Position numbers and translations under genes: made by a program
The notes under the pieces: model-generated
What the model saw: only the letters and a program-made list of their open reading frames with translations
Database searches by the model: none
What the model was told of the DNA's origin: nothing
Part shown: piece by piece, positions 12,516-21,800 of the stretch
How the letters are laid out: the number at the start of each line of letters is the position of its first letter
Position numbering within the stretch: the stretch's first letter is position 1
Assembly (NCBI GenBank): GCA_013265495.1
Contig: MU058540.1
Location: forward strand, 519,696-583,695
Length of the DNA stretch: 64,000 nt
Reading direction: 5' to 3'
Source of the DNA: Vicugna vicugna
Lineage: Eukaryota

Positions 12516-12620
12516 TCATGACTTGAAGAACCTTCGTACCACAAACTGGCCCAACAAAACCACGGCCAGAACTATCAGCACGTTCCGGATGGGGCCATTT
12601 CCCAAGTCCAGGGCTGCCAC
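12516..12620 (-). CDS. BAK1: BAK1 last coding exon (C-terminal transmembrane anchor)
   Basis: cag acceptor; VAALDLGNGPIRNVLIVLAVVLLGQFVVRRFFKS-TGA; 105 nt. Confidence 0.98.
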   Translation of the reverse strand: MAALDLGNGPIRNVLIVLAVVLLGQFVVRRFFKS

Positions 12621-12745
12621 CTGCCAAGAGAGACAGAGTGGTCACAAAGGGGCTGGCAGGTGTACAGTGCCCTGGGACCAGGGTGGGGCTGTGAGGGGGG
12701 TGGTCCCAGCAGCAGGGAGGCGGTCATCAATGCTTGGGCACTCAC

Positions 12746-12926
12746 CCAGCCACCCCTCTGCGCGATCCACCGGGCAATGCAGTGATGCAACATGAAGTCG
12801 GCCACGAACCGGGTCACCTGGCCCAGGAAGCCAGTCAGGCCGCGCTGGTAGACATGTAGGGCCAGGCGGTAGCCGAAGCCCAGGAGAGCCACCACTCGGC
12901 CCCAGTTGATGCCGCTCTCAAACAGG
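12746..12926 (-). CDS. BAK1: BAK1 coding exon (BH1 and BH2)
   Basis: LFESGINWGRVVALLGFGYRLALHVYQRGLTGFLGQVTRFVADFMLHHCIARWIAQRGGW; AG/GT boundaries; 181 nt. Confidence 0.98.
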
Positions 12927-13243
12927 CTGGGGACAGAGCGTCGACACAGTCAGTGGAGTACCCCAGAGGGCCCTTTGGCCTGCTTTTCCTCTCCCATCTC
13001 TTTGGACATTCCCTGCCCCCCACCAGCTGGAAAGCAAAATGGCTTAGCTGTGAATCGAGGCACCAGAGGCTGCCCCAGCTTGGCCTCAATTTGGGAAGAG
13101 CCTGAGTTTCTGTGAAAGGAGAAAACTAAGAGGGCATAGAAGTGGGCTGCTGCTGCTGGGGGTGTGACCCAAGTGCTGGGGGCACAAAGGGGCGCAGAGA
13201 GCGTGGAGGACAGAGCGGTGGACAGAGGCAGTAGGGAGATTAC

Positions 13244-13263
13244 CTGTGGGTGCTGCTGCTGGC
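13244..13263 (-). other. BAK1: BAK1 alternative 20-nt neuronal microexon (exon N, N-Bak)
   Basis: cag|GCCAGCAGCAGCACCCACAG|gtaatc between the BH3 and BH1 exons, with an upstream pyrimidine tract; matches the known exon N in size, position and recalled sequence. Confidence 0.92.
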
Positions 13264-14036
13264 CTGGCAGCCCGAGGGACAGCAGAGAGAAAAGGACAGA
13301 AGAGGTTAGGACAGGTCCTAGAATCACAGCAGAGTGGGTGGTGGCCTCTAAGGACACAGGCAGGATGTTTCAGCCCTGAGCACCAATTCTAAATCTATTG
13401 CCTACTCATCCTTCACCCTCAGCCTCGAATCTACCCCAAGGCTGACCTCCTTACCCAGGTGATGACAACGGCTAACACCTTTAAGTGTGGACACTTTTCA
13501 AAACATATTTCCCCTATTTTACGGACTAGGAAACTGAAGGTTAGAAAGTTTCACAAAGCCAGTAAGTGGCAGGCAAAGCTGAGATTTGACCCAGGCAGTT
13601 GGTCTCTTTAACTGCAGATTGCCTCTCTGACACCAGATTATACCATCTGGAAGCCATTTCCAGAACCTGGTAGGCTGAAGCCAGGTCCAGCAACCTTACC
13701 ATCTTTGGTGTGAAATGTGGCTCCAAATCCAAAGGACAGCTGTGTCCCAACTGGGCTGGGGGGCTCTGGGGACATCCCCACCAGAGCACCTCCATAGTCC
13801 TGATCTAATGGGTCAAATGCCAGAGTTTACAAGGGATGTAACCTTATACACCAGAGATGAAGAGCCTGAGCCTAGAGAGAGAAAGAGACAGGGGCCCAAG
13901 GCCACACATGAATTAACAGCAGACACAGGGATGACAAACACGTCTCCTGACAATGACAGAGAAGCGTCATCCTATCCCGTGGGCAGGGCACAGCACGGTG
14001 GTGACAGCGCAATGGAGAGGCAGTGGCCGAAGCTAC

Positions 14037-14180
14037 CTCGAGGCAATCTTGGTGAAATACTCGTAGGCGTTCTCTGCTGTTGGCTGCAGGTGCTGCAACA
14101 TGGCCTGGAACTCTGAGTCGTAGCGCCGGTTGATGTCGTCCCCGATGATGGCGAGCTGGCGACCCACCTGCCCCATGGTG
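14037..14180 (-). CDS. BAK1: BAK1 coding exon (BH3)
   Basis: TMGQVGRQLAIIGDDINRRYDSEFQAMLQHLQPTAENAYEYFTKIAS; AG/GT boundaries; 144 nt. Confidence 0.98.
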
Positions 14181-14521
14181 CTGGAGGGACAGGAGGCAGC
14201 AGGTGAGCTGGCAAGCAGGCAGTTAGTACTGGGGCCCGGGCTCATGGCAAAGGGCTTCTGCCTGAGATGCCCTTGGCCTTGTGCACCCCTCCTTAGAGGT
14301 CCTGAGAGTGTTCTCAAACATAAAGGCTGGGCCCAAGGACAAGGGGCAGGCATGTGCTAAAAAGGGTGCAGGGTCCTGGATGGGTGTGGGAGCCCCAGTT
14401 GAAAAAGGAGCAGCAGTGGGAGAAGGGCAAGACCCCTCCAGGCCTTTCCAGCTCCCAAGACCTGCATGGGGACCCCAAATAAGCCTCCACTTCCCTGTGG
14501 GCCCAGGGACCTGCTGCTCAC

Positions 14522-14657
14522 CTGGTAGGTTCTAGGGGCAAGGTGTCCATCTCTGGGTTGGTGGGCGCAGCTGCCCCCTCAGCCTCCTGTTCCTGCTGAT
14601 GGCGGTAAAAAACGTAGCTGCGGAAAACCTCCTCCGTGTCCCGGGCTACCTGCTCCT
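14522..14657 (-). CDS. BAK1: BAK1 second coding exon
   Basis: EQVARDTEEVFRSYVFYRHQQEQEAEGAAAPTNPEMDTLPLEPT; AG/GT boundaries; 136 nt. Confidence 0.97.
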
Positions 14658-15621
14658 CTGAGGATCAAAGCTGGGAGTCAGGGAGGAAGTGCTCTGGGGA
14701 TGGTTCACTCTGCCTGTGGACAGAAGTGTCTCTCTTCTGGTCCTTAGTTAACACCTAGTGCTTACTCTGTGCAGAGTAGTCTTCTGGCACTTTTCATTTA
14801 ATCCTCACAACAGTCTTGTGAAGTAGCTGATCCCTAATTTACAGACGGGGAAATTGAGGCACAGTGTTTATGTAACTTGCACAAGGCCATACAGCTGGAG
14901 GGAGCAGTATAGACAGGATGGAATCCCTGGCACTTGGGTTCCTGACTTCATTTTAGTGTGTACAAGGCACCCAGCCCTTATGGCTTAGGGAATGTGGGAA
15001 ACCAAATTTGAAATTGTAGCCTGAGGCCCAGAAAAACCACATCGAGAGATAGTGACAAACCTGGGACTGAACCCAAAGTCCAGGGAAGAACCTGGGGTGG
15101 GCTGTGAGCTGCAGGCTTCCCTGATGGTCCCCTTGGAACAGGAAACGGGGGCAGCCACCTTACTTCCTCCCCCAAAGTTGTAACAACCCCGTTCCCTGTT
15201 TAGCAGACCTGACTTGGTGATAAGCCCATTGACTTCCTTATTTCTCCCACTGCAGGGATAGGACAGCCACGCCACGCCCTTCTTTCCTCCTCCTCACCCC
15301 ACCTTGCCCAGCTGCCCTGGGAGGGCACTGTACCCATCTCATGCTCCCTCCCTGACCCCTCCCAGCCTCAAAACCTCCCACCCCTCCTCCCACCAAGACT
15401 CCCCCGATTCTCAGGGCTTAATCTTGACTGCAGTCCAGCTTCTGAGCCTGACGGGCTGCCTGCATTGGGTAGGGAGATGCTTTTCTCCTTTATACAAGGT
15501 GAGTAAACTGAGGCAGGCAAGCCTGCCTTTCATTCCCGCCTGGCTTTTCCACATCTACTCTCTCCATCCTCACAGACAACTCTGGTGGTCATGGGATGGG
15601 TGAGGGGACAAAGACCCTCAC

Positions 15622-15691
15622 CCGAAGTGGAGGAGGGATCAGGTTCTCCACACCCCTGCCTGGGAGGACCTGGACCTTGTCCGGATGCCAT
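15622..15691 (-). CDS. BAK1: BAK1 first coding segment (exon 2 spans 15622-15722)
   Basis: ggaATGG start; MASGQGPGPPRQGCGEPDPSSTS; gtgag donor. The coding exons sum to 70+136+144+181+105 = 636 nt, i.e. 211 aa plus stop. Confidence 0.97.
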
Positions 15692-16664
15692 TCCTCAGGT
15701 CCTGGTGGAGGGCAGTGTTAGCCTGTGGGGATGGGTGAGAAAAAGCAAAGATGGGGAACAGAGGTTTCTTCAGCCACATTGAGGGAAGGGGGCCCCCATT
15801 CCCCCAAGACCCCACCGCCCTAAGAACTTACTGAGTATTACACTGGCAGCTCTTCAAGGGACACTGGGGGTGAGAAAAGCCAGGCAGCCAAAATTCCCAC
15901 CCAGGGATCAGCCAGGAGAAGGGGTGCTGCTATAGTGCCCTAGGGGATCTCTAGTTGCATTTCACCCCACTCCTGGGCCAGGGAGGCTAGTTTCAGAGGC
16001 TGGGGTTCCTTCTGCTGCTCCCAGGGCCTCCTGCACCTTACCCAGCACATGCTTACCGCAGACTTGCTACCTTCCAGCCAATGACCCATGAAGGCTGTCC
16101 TTGAAGGTCTCACTTCCCCTTGGCTAGTCAGAACACACCTGTTTTCCAGCTCAGGCCTGTTAGCTGCAAACATTTCCTGAGTGCCTGTGGTATGCTTCTA
16201 CCACGTATGTATGTGTACTCCCCGGGGGGGCTGGACATGGAAAGAGCACAGTAACCTGGCAGGGTAAGCGCTAGCATGCCCATTTTATAGGTGGGAAAGG
16301 TGAGGCACAAAGAAGTTAGTGCCCAAGGCCACATAGCTAGTCAAGGCATCAGGCTGATTATCTGAATTTCCATGAGTCCATCCTCCACTTAACACTCATT
16401 TCAGACTTATTTTCCAGTTTGTGAACCTCAGAGGGTGTCCTTTCCAGGGCAACTTCCCCTGTTTGAGTCCCACCTGTGCTCTTCCCATTCCTGCGTGGCA
16501 GGTAGTTGAGGAAACCTTCTTCCTAGCCCCCCAACCTGTCTCACACATGTACCTCCTTGCTCTCCTGTCTCCAGCCTCTGTTTTCCTCTTTTGCCCAGTT
16601 CTGGCCACAACTCTGGTCTGCTCTGTACAGCGTCCACAGAGGGTGTATTTCCTGGACATAAGCT

Positions 16665-16739
16665 GTTTCACTTTCAGTTTGCACCCCCTTCATTTCCTCC
16701 CACCCCAAAGCTGCCTCCACCACCCGGGTGGGAAACCCC
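16665..16739. promoter_or_regulatory. BAK1: IRF/ISRE element and NF-kB-like site in BAK1 intron 1
   Basis: GTTTCACTTTCAGTTT (reverse complement AAACTGAAAGTGAAAC) at 16665-16680; GGGAAACCCC at 16730-16739. Confidence 0.55.
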
Positions 16740-17658
16740 CTCCTCCTATCCCTGGGGAGGGCCCAGCCCTTCCTGGGGCCAAGCACAGTTGCTCCTTCCT
16801 CCCTGGGAGGACCTGTGTACCCTCCCCCACTCTCTTCCCTCTCAGGCCTGGGGCCATTTTTGAAAATGCCCCAGAGAAGGGGGGGTCCCTCTGTGTTCTC
16901 CACCCTTCCACTCTTTCAGGGCAGGGAGGGGGGAAGGCAGATCCTCCCCTCCTCCACCCCTGGGTGCCTGGCCTCTTTAAAATAGACCTTTGCCTGGCAC
17001 ACCCCCATCCCAACCGCTGCTTCCTGAACAAGGTGTCCTCCTCTCTCCCCTGGTCCCTGAAGCCTGGTGCCCCCAGGACTGCAGGGCTGGGGGGATACCT
17101 ACTGCACCTCAATCACTGCCCCTGGGACTTAATTCTGGGATGAAGGTGGAGCCTAGAAACAGCCCCCAGGGCCAGAGGCCTGTGCCGACCTGAGTCTGCC
17201 TCTGCCCTCATCCGAGTGGCCTGACTTCCTGGTAGGGGGCCGTCCACTGTACCCCACCTGCTGGGTTTGCTGGGCCCAGGCTGTTTCCCAGGGGGAGCTG
17301 CCTGGCTTGACTTGCAGACCTAGTGTTAGGACTCCTGGGGCAGCAGGAAGCGCTATAAAAGTTCTCCCCCTGCCCTTGACCTTGGCTCTGACCTCCACTC
17401 CCATCCCCTAGATTGCTCAAGAACTTGGTTCTTTGGCACCCGATTCTCTGGCACCCAGGGCCTGAGCAAGAGGGGAAGCTGTCTGTATGGCAGCCAGAGG
17501 GAGCCCTGACTGGATCAGGCCCCCAGCAGGGGTTGGCAGAGCTGCCCAGATAAGCCTTGAGGCCTCCCCCTCCCCACCGGGCCCCCTAAGGGTTCCCTGC
17601 CTCACCCTGGGCCTAGGTTTCAGAGAGCAGGGAGGATGGGCAGGACCCTCCCGCTTAC

Positions 17659-17880
17659 CTGCCCGGACCCTGGCCCTGGCCCTGGCCCGGGATCGCTCAG
17701 CAGGGTGGAGGCCGGAGATCCTGAGGGGCCGGTGGCTGCTCCCAAGGGTAAGGTACCCAGGCCTGGCTTCCCAGAACGGGCGTCAGTGAATTCCTGGTGT
17801 CCGGATGCAGCCTCTGCTTGTCCTGGCGCGGCCCTGGGGACCCGCAAGGCTTCGGTGATCATAGAGGTGCCGGCAGCTCC
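17659..17880 (-). other. BAK1: BAK1 non-coding exon 1 and CpG-rich promoter
   Basis: Resembles the recalled BAK1 5' UTR (ggcacctctatgatcac...ctccaccctgctgagc); donor cag|gtaagc at 17659/17658. TSS position approximate. Confidence 0.85.
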
Positions 17881-18859
17881 CTGCTTCAATCAGCTCCCTC
17901 TAGAGGAAGTTGCTCTGTGGCCGCCGGATGCGGATGCACCAGCCTAAGCCTTGGGCTCGGTCTGGTCTCAGCTCCCTGGCGAGAGAGCTGCTCCCACCCG
18001 GGAGGAGTGTCTCCCTCTCCCCCACTGCTTTCCCCACCACTGATTCCCAGCCCTCATCCTTGGTCTTTTCCCCACTTCCATCATCAATATTAATAAAAAA
18101 GCCAGGATGGTGAGGTTTCTTAAGCACCACTGTGTGCCAGGCTCTTTAGGAACTACTGTCTCACCGAATCCTCTCAACAACCTATGGAAGTAGGTACTTA
18201 GCCTACACCCGTTTTACAGATGGATAGACTGAGGCTTAGGAGACTGGTTTAAGGAACCTCTCCCCAGATCACTGAGCTGGTTTTATAATCGGGGCTGTAG
18301 GTGGGGGATATAATACTAAATTGAGATTCAACGTGCAGTTAAGACCCATGTACCAAGCACCTTGGTGGTGTCCGGAGGTAAAAATCTTGAAGGTGATAGG
18401 CAGGTAAACAGAGATGAAAACACAGGGTCTGTGCTACAACCTGGGCACGTGCAAGCTGGATGCTGAGAGGGAGACAAGAGGGAGGACAGATACTCTCTGG
18501 CCTCTGGGAATGGCCCTCAAGGACAAAAGCAGCCACAGCCAGGGAAGGACAGGCCTAGTGGAGAGGGGTGAGTGCCCCTGCCCCGTTCTGAGTCGGGGTT
18601 CCCCAACCTCCTCTGCCCCCTACCCCTGTGTCTCCTGGAGCCTCGCCAACTGCCCCGCTCAGGCTGGCTCCCCAGGCCTCCTTCCCCTGCTTCATTACCC
18701 CCCCCCCCCACCCCCCCCCCCCCCCCCACCCCACCTTTGCCTTCTAGAACTGCTGGAAGTTTCCAACTGGAGGTTTTAATTTGAAAACCTTCTATTCTTA
18801 AGCAGTTGGTCCTGAGGTGGCTGCTACAGCCCTTCTCTCTGACTCAGGTCCTTCTCAAG

Positions 18860-21800
18860 ATGGAGACCCCAGCTCCAACCCCTCGATCCAGAATTTTGGG
18901 CCACTCCTCTATGCTCTGCCTTTTCCATAGCCTGGTGGGGAGCAAGGGCAGCCCAGAGAGCTCAGACAAGGCCCTGTTAGGGGGTCGGGCACTCCCCTTG
19001 CCAGAGCAGGACGCCATCCCCTTCACCAGGGAGGAGCAGGGAGGAAGGAGTCCAGGCCATCCGCCGTGCTGCCCTATACCCTCTCTGTGGCCCTATCACA
19101 GCCCGATCCCTCAAGGCTTGGGATGGGGGATGCAGGGCCCCAGACCCCCACCCCCATGGAGGTCCTGAGGGTCGTGGCCCAGGGTGCAGAGGTGAAGTCA
19201 GTCCTGCCCAGAGGAAGCCAGGAGGTGCTGGGCAACCTGTTTGAGTTGGAGGAGAGGGAAGATGAGGAGGAGGAAGCAGCAGGGAAGGCCTTAAGGGATA
19301 CTGGGACCTCAGACAGGTGAGGAGCTGGGCTGTGGATTGTGGGAAGGAGCCTCGGATGGTGGTACTGGGGCAAGGCCTGGATGTAAGAAGAGGGAAGGAT
19401 GTGGACCTGGATGGGAGGACCCAGAATGGGGATGGACCAGGAACAGACTCCTTGGATGGGCAGAGGACTGGGTGGGGAATGGATGGACACATGATGGTTG
19501 GAGAGGAGCTCGGGGCTGTTGGAGGCAGAGATGGGGGTCTTCCCACAAGTGAGGGGTTATGGATGGAGGCACTGAAAGGAAAGGGGGACAGGCCAGGGAC
19601 TGGGAAGGGCTCCTTTCCGGGCCCCACTCCGCCCTGCCTTCCCTCCTCACTCTCTCCTTCCTGGTTCCCACTCCTATGTGGACTTGGTGCCCACCCTAGT
19701 GAGGAAGGGGGCCCACTTCTCCCTCTGCTCCCCACCCCTCTCCTCACCCTGTTATTGGAGACAGATACCCACCTCTGTGATGAAGACCCCAGAGGGCACA
19801 GCAGGGAGTTGTTGGGAACAGGAGGATGGAGGAGGCTGAGCTGGGCTTGTGTGAGAGCCTTAGGGGGCTGGAGGGGCTAGGGGGCCTTCACCACATCTCC
19901 GGGCTCCACCTGCCACCTGCATCTGACTATGCTTTGGGATCAGGGGCCACTTTGCCCAAGCCTTGGAGCAAGGATGCCTGCAAAGGGCCATGGGGCCACT
20001 GGCAGTCAGCCCCGAGGCCTTCACCAGGGAGGAGGAGGAGGAGTGTCTTCTTAATGGTGAGTGTGGTGGCCACAGGCGTGAGGGAGATGCCAGAAACAGA
20101 CCATCTTCCTCTAGAACTCCCCAGGGCTGTGGGGCCTGTGAGGACACAGGGCAGTTTGAGGGAATGCTGGAAGCAGGCTGGATTTGAATTCCTACTCCAC
20201 TAGGCCAAGCTGTGTGATGGCAGCAAGTCACTCAACCTTTCTGTGTCTCAGTTTCCTCATCTATAAAATGGGAATATAACAGTACCTATCTCAGAGGGCA
20301 ATTGCAAGGATGAAACGAGAAGTTCTTTGTGAGTGCCTGGGACTGTTCCTGGCACATAGGAGGTGTTTGCTAATGAAAACAAGGAAACCTTACCTTCAGC
20401 TTGGCCCTCCCTGTGTCCCTGCCCGTCTGGGCTTGGGCCTGGGCCGCCTCTCATTGCTGTCAGCCTGTCAGTGACCCCTACCCCTCCACAGGAGACCTCG
20501 GGTTGGCCTCCTCGAAAGTAGGGACAACTCCCTGGAACTGCCTCCTCAGCTTGTACAAGCAGCTTCAGAAATTGGCCATGGCCAAGGTCCGTGGGGCTAG
20601 GCTCTGGTTGCGGGGGTGAGGCCTGCCTAGGGTCTCAGGGGAGCAGTCATCTTTCTTAACCCTTTGGGAGCTGTTGTTCCCTCCTGCTTTCTGTTTTGGG
20701 TTGGGGTGCGGGCTTGGGGCCCTGCACCCTGATCTGCTCATTGACGGGGCACACCCTCAGTTTCCTCTCAGGGAAGTCTTGCCCCACGAGGAGAAAGATG
20801 AGGAAGAGGAAATGGAGGAAGAGGACAGCTCATTCAAGCTCTGTGTCCCAGACGTTGTCACCTTCCAGTCGCCGCTGCATAAGACTTCTGGGTCGACAGA
20901 TACAGTAGGTAAGTGTGGTGCTCCCACCTCCCTGCCCAATCAGTCCCCAGGTAGAGGGAGTCCCACTTTGGCCTGTGGCTCATGGGTGCAATGCCAGTTC
21001 TTACCACCAGGTGGCACCAGAAGACCGAAGATGACCACTCGAGCTCGGGGACCAGTGTGTGGCTGGTCTGGAGGTCAGGCTAGGTCTAGCTAGTGTCCTC
21101 CTCCCTCAGGGTTTGGGAGGCTGCCGGGGTGGGGGTGGGGGACTCCCTCTTTCACTGGCCACCTCCATCCCTAGTTTTCCCATCACGCATCATGCACTGC
21201 TGTGACAGTGTCCCAGAGGGCCCACTCTCCCATTACAGCCCCCTTGCTGCCCAGACATGGTGAGCAGATGGCCTAGTGGTAGTCACATATTACGATAACA
21301 TCACTGTTGACATTTTCATAGCCATTACTATGGGCCATACCCTCTTTTAAGCACTTTTCATGAAGTAATGCATTTTAACTCTGAGGTAGGTCCTGTTACA
21401 GTCTCTGCTTCACTCTGAGGAAAGTGGGGCACAGAGAGGTTAAATAAAACTTGTCCAAGCTCACACAGCTAGTAAGTGGCAGAGCTGGAACTCGAACCCA
21501 GGGTTTTGGGTGGTTTCAGATCCGTGCTCTGAAGTTGGTGGCTGGAGTGGGCCAGGTGGGAGTCGGGGCAGATGTCTGGCCCTCGCGTGCTCTCCCCAGG
21601 AGGTAGGGAAAGAGACTCACACTCATACTGGCAGGAGAGAGCCCATGGAAAGTGAGTTTCCTGAGAAAGGCAGGGTGGTAGGGAGGTGGCATCTGGCTGG
21701 CTCCAGGGATGAAGAAAGGGCTATGGCTGGGGGTGACCAGGGGCTGCACAGGCTGCGGTGAGGTTTGGAGAGCCGGAGCCACCTCCTCTTCCTTCATCCT

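Noticed and set aside
16421..17143. 240-aa ORF antisense to BAK1 intron 1
   Set aside because: GTG start, no recognisable homology, composition typical of chance ORFs.
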